Position numbers and translations under genes: made by a program. The notes under the pieces are model-generated. The model made no database searches. It saw only the letters and a list, made by a program, of their open reading frames with translations, and was not told the DNA's origin. A stretch of DNA of 60,148 nt, filler included, from Dimargaris cristalligena (lineage: Eukaryota), in NCBI GenBank assembly GCA_003614675.1. It is 6 parts of 6 records of this genome, joined end to end, with 100 filler letters (N's around TTAATTAATTAA, not from the genome) between each part and the next. Parts side by side here need not be neighbours in the genome. Positions count along the whole stretch, not along the records: positions 10,068 to 20,030 come from ML003217.1; positions 20,131 to 30,080 come from ML003218.1; 4 more parts are not named here. One strand, written 5' to 3'. The first letter of the stretch is position 1; each line of letters starts with the position of its first letter. This document shows, piece after piece, positions 13,452-24,911 of this stretch.

Positions 13452-14318
13452 CTACTGGATCATGTGTTGGATGTACACATTTAGATAACAAGCCTCCACT
13501 AGGTATTCGGGTTTGATTAAATCAATAATTGAGAACCACACTGAATCAAAAGGCGGATGGGATGTCATTCGCGAATATTCCCAGTACTCGGGATAAAAGC
13601 CGCTAAACTCCCAGTCCAGAATGCCGGTGATTTGGCACGTATCGGGATCCACCATGATATTACGCGGCAGCAAATCTCCGTGCGTTAGATTGATGGTATA
13701 CGTATGTTGCTTTAGGTACTTGGAAAACATCTGCGTAAACCCGGTGGGAGGACGGCTCTCTCTGTGTTGTAACAGATTGTTCATCATAAACGCTTCGGCC
13801 TCGTGCATCGGCATGGGTGTAGGAAACGGGACAAATGGATCGTGCAATGCTTGTTCAGTATCACTATCGGTCCAGATACAGGGCCCTACTACATCACTTT
13901 GCAATCCCCGCATCTGGTGGATGTAGTCGTTGAGTTGTTCGGCGATACGCTGTATATGGTCCGTCGTTACCCGGTTTTGGGCAATACACTCTTTAAGGGT
14001 GATACCCGCAATGCGTTCCATTTCAATAATCGAATCGGACCCGTCAATACGGTAGCTGTATATGTCCGGAACCGGTATGGTCGTATGCTCCTTGATAAAT
14101 TGCATGGCCTGCACCTCCCGCATGTTCAGTCGATGTTTACGTTTTGCATATGTATTACTATTGGAATCTGGCCTCACGCAGTTGGACTTTGGAAATCCGG
14201 AGGAGGAAGTAACCTCCCTGTCAGCGCAGTCCAAATTCGCGGAGGGCGACTCCCTAGCTGCAGAAGACGGGAGGTTCGCCGAGTTGGAGGAGACCGGGGC
14301 GGGGGTAGATGCGGTCAT
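13452..14318 (-). CDS. Protein-kinase-like phosphotransferase, APH/choline-kinase family (288 aa, intronless)
   Basis: REVQAMQFIKEHTTIPVPDI, IEMERIAG, Brenner-type HGDLLPRNIMV and GILDWEFSGFYPEYWEY motifs typical of fungal APH-like proteins. Confidence 0.9.
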   Translation of the reverse strand: MTASTPAPVSSNSANLPSSAARESPSANLDCADREVTSSSGFPKSNCVRPDSNSNTYAKRKHRLNMREVQAMQFIKEHTTIPVPDIYSYRIDGSDSIIEMERIAGITLKECIAQNRVTTDHIQRIAEQLNDYIHQMRGLQSDVVGPCIWTDSDTEQALHDPFVPFPTPMPMHEAEAFMMNNLLQHRESRPPTGFTQMFSKYLKQHTYTINLTHGDLLPRNIMVDPDTCQITGILDWEFSGFYPEYWEYSRMTSHPPFDSVWFSIIDLIKPEYLVEACYLNVYIQHMIQ

Positions 14319-16865
14319 AGTGGCGGATGGGGGTAGGTGGATAGCAAATCAATGTCAAATAAAAAGATATATACCGTTTATTGCGAAAATGATAATAATA
14401 GGGAGGTAAGTGCTTGATAAAGAGCTGGCTAAGAGTAAATGGGGGGCCAGAAGGTCAAATGGTAAAGTTCAAGAGAATAGGTAATGATAATATCCCAAAA
14501 GAGAGGAGAGGCTTCCACTTGTTACTTATGTGAACTTCAAAAGGCCCGCTTAGGCTGTTAAGTATAGTGATAATACTGAAAGGCCGAATAGGATAAAGAA
14601 GGTATTAGAAATACAGAAAGGAGGGTGGGTCATTTTTGATGCAGGTCAGTAGTAGGGTAGGCCTATAGTGGGAATTTTTTCGGGTAATAGTGGCGTCACC
14701 CCTGTATGGGGAATAATGTTGATACCACAGCACTGGGTAGCCGCCTATACAACCAGAGGTTCTGCAGCCATCAGAGGGAACGGACAGCTTCGAGTTCAGA
14801 CAATTCCTCATCTCGACCAATGACAATGTATCACCCATCTCCCTAACCATGGCTTCCATACTAAAATGCCCTATACCGTTGAACTCATGAGTGGTGGTGC
14901 TGACTATAAAGCGTTATTTTTCAGTGATGATTGATCTGTTGGAACTCGCTTTAATGAGGCTGGATCCTATGCAACTGATATGGCAAAGAATATACGAGAA
15001 AATAAAAACTCAGGAAAATCCGGTGGATACATCAGAAAATTATTTAGAGTGGTTGGGGATTACAGCCACGGCCAGGTAATAGCTACTATCAGTATGGTTG
15101 TCGCGCCTGAAGGTTCAAGGTACCTATTCCAAGAATCCACGCGATTGCCGTTGGTGGGTGGATACAGATATTGCTAAGCTTGATAAAGAAATGAAAATGC
15201 CTATGAGGATCTATCAACAACGAACATGTCGCGGCCATTGTGATTGCTCTAAATAACATGCTATATTCATGCATAACCGAGAATTTAACTGTCTCTTTCT
15301 CCAGTATCAGTATGAGCTGAGAGACAGGCCAAGGCATATCTACCACTATGGGGTCATGAAAGTGGTACATTCGAATCACCTTATAGGTATAGATTATCCA
15401 AAACACCCACACGGGTTTCTCTCCAGTGTCCAAGTCATTATCCTCCACAGCACCAGCTTTCCGCCCATGGCCCTGTAGGGGTATACCACCAAATAGAAAA
15501 CATCCTTTAGGGTGGTGAAATGGACTCTCTAGATGGTTCATAGAAGGGATCGGTCGGCTGTACTCCCTCCCTCCAAAGATATCCAACTATTTTCGGAGGC
15601 AGGAGTGAAAGCAATGTCCGACTTCCTCTGATTACCATCAGCAGGCCGGTATTTCCATTTTTTAGATAGTGATTGCCCTTGAGCCACTGGTGGCATACAC
15701 CTACGACAGTATGTGGGTGATGGGTAGCTGACATTTAACTGCTTGAGGAGGGCAGAACGGAAGTGACGGCCAAGGAGAAAATCTACAGGAAAATTTTAAA
15801 CTGAGGGAGAGAGGATCGACCGACGCAAGTGTAAGTGGGGGCGAGTGCCTGTAAGTGAAGGAGGAAGAGACCTGGCCGTTAAGACCAGATGCGAGTGTCC
15901 TTCTCATAATGCCCACGAGATTTGGATTTTATAAACCTTGATTGTGAGAGGAGACAGGGTATTTAATTAGCAAACCCTACCACCCATGGACCGGAGTCTG
16001 TTTGTCATTTACCTAAACTGGCATGGAAACTAGTCAGTGAAATACACTTGTCGTTAACAGGCAACGGATTTCCACTGACGGGGTTGGCCTCATTGTTAGA
16101 CCACACATTTTTGTAAATGATTCATGATATTGGGCATCTACATGCCTATGCGATCCAGCTTGTCGCTTTTCAGTGATGCTGACACGGTTTTGAGGGTGAC
16201 CTCAAACACATAGCTTTCTCAATGACCATTCCATTGTCAGTTGATTCGTATGCTCAGATGGCCCATGGGACTGGGACACCCAGCGAGTGAGCCATATCCA
16301 TCATTAGAGCTCCATGGTGTGTCACTCAGAAATCTTTCTAAACCACCACATTACCGTTAGATTATAGCACGGCCATGTCCTATTACGTTTGTACGCGCAC
16401 CGCAGACTCAAGAGTAATATATATATAAAAGAGCCAAGCCAATCCTTGTGCGCTCTGACGCTGTCGGTTGCGCTTCCCAAGCCCCACTTTTTACACTCAC
16501 TGACAATGAACGAGGCGGGTGCGCGCGCTCTTGGAGGGTATATCAATATATATATATATATATTTCGACGAATTGTCGACTCAAGTATGGGAGGTGGCAC
16601 CCTGTAATTCCACCAGTCGTTACACCTATTGAACTATTTCACGAATAGTTTGGCCTTCAAGGCCATAGCCAATCAGACTGACCCATTAGCAGGGAAGCCA
16701 TTTTATCATACCTGACCTGTGCCCCTTCTCGTACATGTAATAAATTGATCTGAAAGATCGATGGCAACTGCCCACCCTCCTCATATTAACTGGTACACCA
16801 TGCGTACTATTCGGATGACACAGTCCTTTTACACCCCATAATATTCACATTCTAGCAATTGAAAA

Positions 16866-17011
16866 CATATGGGAGAAGTTCATTCAGGCTGTATAACGAA
16901 AAATCCATTGGATGCGGCCAATATTACTGGTTAAAAGCTATTCTCACATATATTCGCCCATACACGTATATTGTAAAACCTTATACAGCTGGTTTGAATT
17001 TTACCCATATC
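16866..17011 (+). mobile_element. MITE family copy 1 (146 bp, full length)
   Basis: Reverse-complement match to 31533-31678. Imperfect ~30-bp TIRs CATATGGGAGAAGTTCATTCAGGCTGTATAA / TTATACAGCTGGTTTGAATTTTACCCATAT. Confidence 0.85.
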
Positions 17012-17662
17012 TTCGGACTAAATTATTTTATTAAAGGGAAATTAAATTATAGGAAATCGGGAGCTGGATAAGTATCAGCACAACCTAGTTACAATTGGAA
17101 ATCAGAAAATACACGTATTATTCAATGATTAGCGACCGTCCGGAATCATATGACAAGAGGGGGTTGTTGACCCACTAAAAACAATATGCTTGATGAAGTA
17201 AAGGCTCAGGACTCCAGGCATGAAGATATACTGAATCATCGCTTGTTCCTATACATCAGATTGGTGCCAGCGTGATATCTTCACTGCCAAAACATTCACA
17301 AGACAAATAGCCAACCGAATCAGACGAGTAAACTTACCTTATGGAGAAACGCTAAAAATACAACGACTTGGATCTCGAAATAGCCCAGTGCAAGTATAAT
17401 AAAACAGACAGGAATAGAAGATAATGCCTAAACCAAATGGCACAGAGCCTGCGGCTTTATATAGAGGGGGACCATGCTCTAGTCGCGGGGCGATATACCA
17501 CTACCATCAGCCAACTTGGTCCTTGGAGGTTTTTTTAAAAAAAACCTATGCAAAAACCTGCGGGGTGACAACCGATCTCGTTTTTTATTACTTACAGAAG
17601 AAAAAAATCTAGAATGGTGTGGATCTATTGGTGGAGACAGTGGCGCCTGAATAAAGGGTGTA

Positions 17663-17746
17663 AATATGGGTGAAATTCAAACCAGCAATTTTGGCCCCAT
17701 TTAATGGATGTTTCGCTATACAGCCTGAATGAACTTCCCCAATATG
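17663..17746 (-). mobile_element. MITE family copy 2 (internally deleted, ~84 bp)
   Basis: Retains both ends (ATATGGGTGAAATTCAAACCAG ... TATACAGCCTGAATGAACTTCCCCAATATG) but lacks ~60 bp of the interior. Confidence 0.75.
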
Positions 17747-20030
17747 TTGGCATCTAGGCTGTAGAAGCACATGACACTGCTCTAATATCCGTGCCTTCTT
17801 ATATATGTGGGTAGCTTTATTCCACATAACTATTCTACCAAATGGCATCTGACCACACTGACTACAGAACTCACATCTCGATCACACACTTGCATGTACA
17901 TGACAATAATATGGTAACAAATAAGTATCTATAAGAAACGGCAAAAAAACAACAACTAGTTACAGTGTCTTGTCCATACCATTGGTATTGATGGCCCAGC
18001 CATGCATCTGGATGGCATCCCCAAGTTCATTTGGGGACATGGTCTAAATGTTGCGCTCCCTGAAACTGCAGTTAGACTTATATCTCCTTGAAATGCTGAC
18101 TATTAGGCTTAAAACACCTTTCAATTGGAAATATAAAATTCGTGATACCATTCCACGTCAATACGACAGGGATCTCTTAAATCTAGTACGTGTTCCTTTA
18201 AAAGATAACAATCATGGCCATACTGATGGCCACTTTGCGAAACAATCAAACGTTTCTTGACATTAGGCATATTTTGGTTTTATAATAATTTCTAAAGCTT
18301 GATCACACCTCCTAATCTTCTAAAATTAGGTATAGTAAGCCTAGGCTACGGACAAAAAATATATAACCACCATTATTTGTCTTTTAATTAGAAGGACGGG
18401 ACAGAAAAATAGGACATGGCTAGTCACAAGATGATGTAGGAATCGGAAAGGAATATATAATGGAAGTGCGGATAAGAATGTATAGAAAGGCATACTGGGA
18501 ATGTATAAGGACATTTATGAAGGTTCCTTTTCCTTTCAACCAGTAGGAAGTTTCGGGGTGAAGGGCAGCTGCATGCTTGGCTGTAACAGGGACAAAAAAC
18601 AATGGGCTTGGTGATCAAACAAATGCTGTCGCATTAGGGTGGAAAGTATCATTGTCTGTGAAAGGCCCATCATCAACCGGGAAAAGGTGTGTGCCCACTA
18701 TCAGGGCCAGTGGTTAAAAAAGACTAGCAGTATTCATATTTGGGTTAAGTTGGAAGGGTGGACATAATATCAGAGTAAAACATGACTAAATAATGCAACT
18801 AAACTTTAGGCATTGAAAAGGGCCAAATGGGCCAGTACCCCCCCCCCCACTATTCCCATTATTGGTAAAGGGGCTGCAATGTCTGAAGCAACATTATAGG
18901 CTACTGTGGTCATTTTGGGATGGAGCAATTGCTATTGGCTGTACCTAGACTGATGGCAAATGCCATGACTTGACCATCTTGTAAGAATGCCCCATCCTTT
19001 TCTCCACAGTGTGGGGCTTGCATTAAGCTTCATGGTGTGGTCAGCTGTTGCTATCCCCTTTGGCCACCTGAAGGGGCCAGTTAGCCAAGCAAAGTGAAAT
19101 AAGTCTTTTTTCCAACTATATAAACCACAGGATTTTTGTCCCCTACAGATTTTCTCACTTGTATCATTAAACCTATAGAATCCACAATCATGCAAAAATT
19201 CAAGTTTATTTACAAAGGCAACATGTATCAGCCTAGTTGGGACTACCCTATGGCCAATCCAATTGCACCAATAATCAAGCCCATCAAGTGGGCTTTTTTG
19301 AAGGTATGTACAGTTAGAACTATTTTATTATATTTTTTATGAGAAATTTATGTGCCTTGGCATCTGTTTGTGTACTTCATCTGAGTTATAGTTTATGGAA
19401 TGAATATTTTAAATCCCAGCACCTCATATTTCACCAGTAGCCATGCTAAAGGAAGCAGCTGTGTGGCAGTGGCTCTTTATTTTGATGAAAGTACAATGTC
19501 CACTCTCTATTATGCTGGTTCTTTGATGGATGGCTTCTGAATAAAAATTCCATTAAGTAGTCTGGACCTATTACTATAGACCCCGGTTTCTAACTGCCTC
19601 TTGCTATGCTCTCATATACAAATCACTTTCTATATTTATTTAGATTAAGATTCTTTTTGGGTCACACAAATAAGTGACCCATTAATTATACCCCCTCTTG
19701 ACCCATCCTGGGAAACAGACACAGACAACCCTGTTGTGGTAAACTTACCACATTTTTTACTTATTTTTATTTTTAATCCATTTTTTGCACTTATCAGAAG
19801 TATGCCCCTAATGAGTGAATGAGCCCTTGCCCCTGATGAGTATAGTTATTTTCCCTCTATTTTCATTAGTATAGTATTTTTTCTATTAGTATATTATATA
19901 CCCTTAACTATGATGCACCCCTACCCCTAACCTGACTGCACCCCTGTTCAAAGTACAGTTAAAAATAGCTTTCTCTTTTTCCCTTCTATTGTTTCACATT
20001 GAATTTATTGGTTACCCAAGTATTACCTAT

Positions 20031-20130
20031 NNNNNNNNNNNNNNNNNNNNNNNNNNNNNNNNNNNNNNNNNNNNTTAATTAATTAANNNNNNNNNNNNNN
20101 NNNNNNNNNNNNNNNNNNNNNNNNNNNNNN
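20031..20130. other. Artificial contig spacer
   Basis: N44-TTAATTAATTAA-N44. Confidence 0.99.
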
Positions 20131-21154
20131 CACCGCCCGCTGGAGGCATAGACGGGAATCCACCCGGGGGCATGGCCACCCCACTACCGCCCGGCATCGA
20201 TGGCAGCCCCATACTCGAGGATGTGAAGGGAACGGTAGCGGGATTGATCATGACCGGGGGTGGTCGAATGGCGGAAGGAGCGGAGCCAGCGAGAGGGCGG
20301 ACGGGAATGACCGTGGCCGGGGCCGGGGTGACCGAGGAGGGTATACCATGGGAATCCGAACTATGAGGGGCTAATAGGGAGGCCGGAATGCCCCCGCCCA
20401 TGGGCAGCGATAGGCCCAGTGCGCTGGATATAGAATCGAGTTCCAGCGAGGCTAGAATAGGGTTGAGGGAGGAGGATGATTTAGGAGACGACATCGATAG
20501 AGCCGATGCCAGGGCGTGTGAGGAGCTGATAGTACCGGGGGTGGTAGTAGTGATAGTGGTTGGTGGGTTGGAGGGTGACGCTACTGAGGCCGGGGCCAAT
20601 TCCAGGGCCTGGGGGTACGACATGGCAGCGCTGGGCAATGGATTCGTCGAGGGGATAGTCGTTGGGTTTGTAGGGGCAGAGTCCGTGGTAGTCATGCTGA
20701 CGGGGGCGGCCCTGGTGGGGCCCGCCTGGGCAACTTCGGATAGGGGCGGAGTCAGATCCAGACCCATGATGCTACTCAAAGGGTCTAGTCCAAGGCCGTC
20801 GCCGGATTTGGGCGGGGGAAAGTCGCCTAGGGTACTCTGCAGCAGCTGATCAATGTCGACGTCCATGTCAATGGCCGAGGCGTCTAGGGTACCCTGAAAC
20901 GACCCCATGATGCGATCCAGCTCATCGTCGATGGATGTGGGATTGAACGGATCGGCAGAGGCGATATCCCCCCCTCCTTGGGACATAGTAGGGAAAGGCG
21001 ATAACGAGGAGGTGGTGGAGGAGGAGGCAACCGGCTGGGCGCTGGTTGTGGTAGGGTGGGACTGGGGGGTGTCGGCGGCCAACAAAGGCAATGGGCCTAA
21101 GCCGTCGGCCTCGCTATGGGGAGTATCGGCCGACGGGTGGTGAGGAGACGTCAT
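20131..21154 (-). CDS. N-terminal part of a Pro/Ser/Gly/Met-rich low-complexity protein, truncated by the contig end; possibly a transcriptional regulator
   Basis: >1 kb open, GC-rich frame running into the spacer. First in-frame ATG is at 21154 (the ORF track uses GTG at 21199). Acidic-hydrophobic patch DDELDRIMGSFQ...DIDQLLQ. Confidence 0.7.
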
Positions 21155-23138
21155 GTGAGGATTATTAGGGCTGCTGAAGAAGGAGGAGGAGGAATGCACG
21201 CGTCATCCACGCCCGTATGGGACAACGTCTAATGCGACAATGTTGGCCTAGAAATTGTAGAGTTAGGCGCGTCAGAGAGAATGCGAATGCACGAGAGGGA
21301 TACTGGACGATGGAGTGGATAATGAATATAGTTCGTGAATATGCCCAATGAGTTCAATGCTTAAAAGAAAAGAGGAATGGGAAGGAGGAATTTAGGCGAT
21401 TAGAAAGAATCGAAAAAGAGGACTGGGTAAAAAAAGGGTAAGGGTGAAAAAGGCACTCGGGTCTACATGCATTGCTTTAGCACCTATGAATAATGCTCAC
21501 AATGTTTTCGCCCTATGTAAAATTGCCCTTGTATTTTGTTAATGCTTTACACCGCCAACTTAGGGAGTGAAAGGAAGGGCCCATACCATTTATTATTTTA
21601 CACTGACGACATCATAATATATAGAAGAGAAAGCGAGAATAGGCGAGTATCTCAGATACAGCACACCAGTGAACCTCACCTTCCTCCTCACATGCTCCAC
21701 CTGTATCGACATTCCTTTTTACACAGTAGGTCTATTGAATGACCTGGTGTACTTAGGGCAAGATCAGGATAAGGGCTTGCGGAATACATTTATAATTAAA
21801 TAGATGTCTTTCTACCGCTTGCCAAAAGGTAATACAGTTCCCGCAGGCAAACATCCGCCGGCTTCTGCCGTTGGATGATTTACGGTAGAATAAACACGTA
21901 AATGGCTTACCAGCCAGAACAACCGAGCCACGCTGGCGGAACCACCCCGGATCTCCGAGAGGTATAGTTTATTAGTCCTTCAATATAAATATATATATTA
22001 TATAGCACACATAAGAGGACACCGCCATCCACTGGGTGGGGGTGGAAAAGGCACACCTACCGACTAGCCAGTTAAACTAAAGGGAGTGTTTTGACTGGTG
22101 GTGTATTGGCACCGTAGTCACGTGGTTCTGGGTGGACCCTACCAGTGGAGAGAACACGTGCTAAATGTCATGGAATTTCGGGCGAAAGCGCAGAAGGACG
22201 TGCGGGTGGGGGATGGTTAATGGTGGGCACAAGACCATTTTAGTGAGCGATGCAACTAACTGCATGTGGGGGAAGAGCCAACAACTAAGCCCCTCCAATG
22301 GGGGAGGATTGTGGCTTGGGTGGGCTATTAAAAAAAGTCTGGTAGATTCTATATATAGCCCCGCGCTTTATTTAGAAGTTCAGAATGTACCTGGTAAACA
22401 GGATTCAACCGGGGCAGCTTACCACCACTATTGGACTCCCTCTCCCTATAGAATAAATATAGAAACATCCAAGAAGCAGGCCTCCCTTTTGAAGCACTAT
22501 TGTATCTGCTGTGATTCGTCTAAATGGCCGGGGCCAGCAGCGGTTGACTTGCCTCCCCTGCCCGGCAGAGGGTTAGGATAGAAGGAATCTTTCTTAGGCC
22601 CCCTCCCTACGCTTGGCAGTTGCTGATCAGGCCATCCCGGTTATTGGCCCCCTCTCTCCACTGCCGGCCCTTTCCTTCCCTTCGTTACACCACACCGGCC
22701 TTTCGTACAAAGGTCCGTTTTGGTTACGCCTGTCCCTCTCTTTCCGCCCCTGTTGCTCTGTTTTCCGTGGCCTGTCTGTCCGTCTCTCTTTATTCTCCGT
22801 GGTCTGTCTGTCCGTCTCTGTATTCTCCGTGACCCCTCCCTCCCCATCCCGCTTCCCTCCGAGGTCCCCCGTTACGCCTGCTCTATTGTCCCTTTCCAAC
22901 CCTCCCTCACCTATATAGTAGTATATAGTCGGTGAAGGTACTACTACTATCACCACCACGTCCCGGTCAACTACCTTGCTCTGTATTATTTATCCCTGAC
23001 CTTGACCTTTCTTGGTTGCCTACGTTAAAGCCTCCCCCCACTATTTTTGGACCACCACCTACCTATCTACCTGCTTGACCGCCTCCACTTCCTAAAGCTC
23101 AGTACACCCATACAAACAAGTCACATATATCGCCCGCG

Positions 23139-24911
23139 ATGACCGTAATAACCCAGCGCCAGTTCCTCGAACGGGTCCGCGAGGGCCAGGCCGTCTTTAT
23201 TTTCGACCAAAAGGTCTATCGGGTAGACCGCTTTTTGGACAAGCATCCCGGAGGCCGTCTCGCCATCTGGCACATGATCGGCCGCGATGCTACTGCCGAA
23301 ATCCGCGTGATGCACCCCGACTGGGTCATCACCCGCAAAATGCCCTGCTACTGCCTCGGTGACTACCGCCCCGACGATTTATCGTCCGATACCGTGTATG
23401 ACTCCGACGAGGCCGTGCAGGGGTTGGCAGTGAAAGAGGAAGAGGAAGAGGAAGAGGAGGAGGAGAAGGAGGAGAAGGAGGAGGAAGATAAGGAGGCCAC
23501 CACACCCCTGGCGACGGAAAAAGGGGTTGACGACCCCCTCGCCTCGACCCTCTTGACCCCTCCTTCCCGTACTACTACCACTGCTAGCAGCCGCATGGCC
23601 ACGAGAGAGGCGAAACATGAAGGGAGCATACCGTCCACCCCTACTCCCGCGACAACTGCGAGAGCCCTGGGCGGCAAGGCTGAGGTGATCCCCCCCCTAC
23701 TGTCGACGAGCCAGCTGCTACCCAGCCACGATTCGATGCCCGAATTCCGGGACGTCACCACCCGGACCGTCAACCGGCAAGTCGCCCGTCGTATCGATGC
23801 CCAGGCCGAAGCGGAAGAAGAGGCCCACGCAGATATCGACTACGAGGCCATTGAACGGGACTTTTACCTGCTCCAACGCCAAGTAACGGACCTCGGTTTG
23901 GAGCGGACCCCGTTCCGCCGGTACGCCGAGGAATGGGGCCGGTACTCATTGTTCCTGGCGGGTATGATTGGCCTGGGTCTGTGGGGACCCCAGCATTGGC
24001 TGAATTACACCGTGAGTGCCTTGTCGGCCTCCCTCCTGTGGCAACAGCTGGCTCTGTTCGCCCATGACCTGGGCCATAATGGAGTCACCCACGACCTCTT
24101 CTGGGACGGTTTCATGGGGGTGATGATTGCCGATTTTATCGGTGGATTGAGTATCGGGTGGTGGAAGAAGAACCATAACGTGCACCATATTGTCACCAAC
24201 GACCCCGAACATGACCCCGATATTCAGCACCTGCCTTTCTTTGCCGTATCCACCAAGTTCTTCCGGAACTTACGGTCGAGCTACTACGGCCGGAAGCTGC
24301 CTTTTGATGCTTTTGCGGCCGTCCTGATCCCGCTCCAGCACCTACTGTACCTTCCCATTCTGTGTTTCGGACGGTTCAACCTCTACTTCCTCTCCCTTTC
24401 CCACCTGTTCACCGCTGAATTCGCCCCCTGGCGCTGGCTGGAACTGACCGGGATCGCTTTCTTCTGGACCTGGTACCTCACCTTCTTGTCCAGCTTCCCC
24501 ACCTGGCAATGGGCTTTGTACCATATGGTTCTCGCCCACATGGGAACCGTTATCCTGCACCTCCAAATCACCCTGTCCCACTTTGGTATGTCCACCACCT
24601 GCCCCGACCCCGACCGCGAGTGCTTCGCCGCCCGCCAGCTCCGTACCACCATGGACATTGATTGCCCCACCTGGTTCGACTGGTTCCACGGCGGTTTGCA
24701 GTACCAGGTCGAACACCACTTGTTCCCCCGTCTGCCCCGCCACAATCTCCGCCAGGTCCAGCCGCTCGTCAAGGAATTCGTCGCCCGTCACCCGGGTCTG
24801 CGCTTCTACTCGTTTAATTTCATCGAGGCTAACCAGCTGATGTTGGAGAGTCTGAAGTCGGTGGGTGAACAGGTCCAGAGCTGGTTGCACATTAAGTCCA
24901 AGACCAACTAA
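23139..24911 (+). CDS. SLD1: Cytochrome-b5-fused sphingolipid delta-8 desaturase (590 aa)
   Basis: N-terminal b5 domain with HPGG; His boxes HDLGH, HNVHH and QVEHH. WWKKNHNVHHIVTNDPEHDPDIQHLP and a long b5-to-desaturase linker are typical of fungal delta-8 sphingolipid desaturases. Confidence 0.88.
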   Translation: MTVITQRQFLERVREGQAVFIFDQKVYRVDRFLDKHPGGRLAIWHMIGRDATAEIRVMHPDWVITRKMPCYCLGDYRPDDLSSDTVYDSDEAVQGLAVKEEEEEEEEEEKEEKEEEDKEATTPLATEKGVDDPLASTLLTPPSRTTTTASSRMATREAKHEGSIPSTPTPATTARALGGKAEVIPPLLSTSQLLPSHDSMPEFRDVTTRTVNRQVARRIDAQAEAEEEAHADIDYEAIERDFYLLQRQVTDLGLERTPFRRYAEEWGRYSLFLAGMIGLGLWGPQHWLNYTVSALSASLLWQQLALFAHDLGHNGVTHDLFWDGFMGVMIADFIGGLSIGWWKKNHNVHHIVTNDPEHDPDIQHLPFFAVSTKFFRNLRSSYYGRKLPFDAFAAVLIPLQHLLYLPILCFGRFNLYFLSLSHLFTAEFAPWRWLELTGIAFFWTWYLTFLSSFPTWQWALYHMVLAHMGTVILHLQITLSHFGMSTTCPDPDRECFAARQLRTTMDIDCPTWFDWFHGGLQYQVEHHLFPRLPRHNLRQVQPLVKEFVARHPGLRFYSFNFIEANQLMLESLKSVGEQVQSWLHIKSKTN

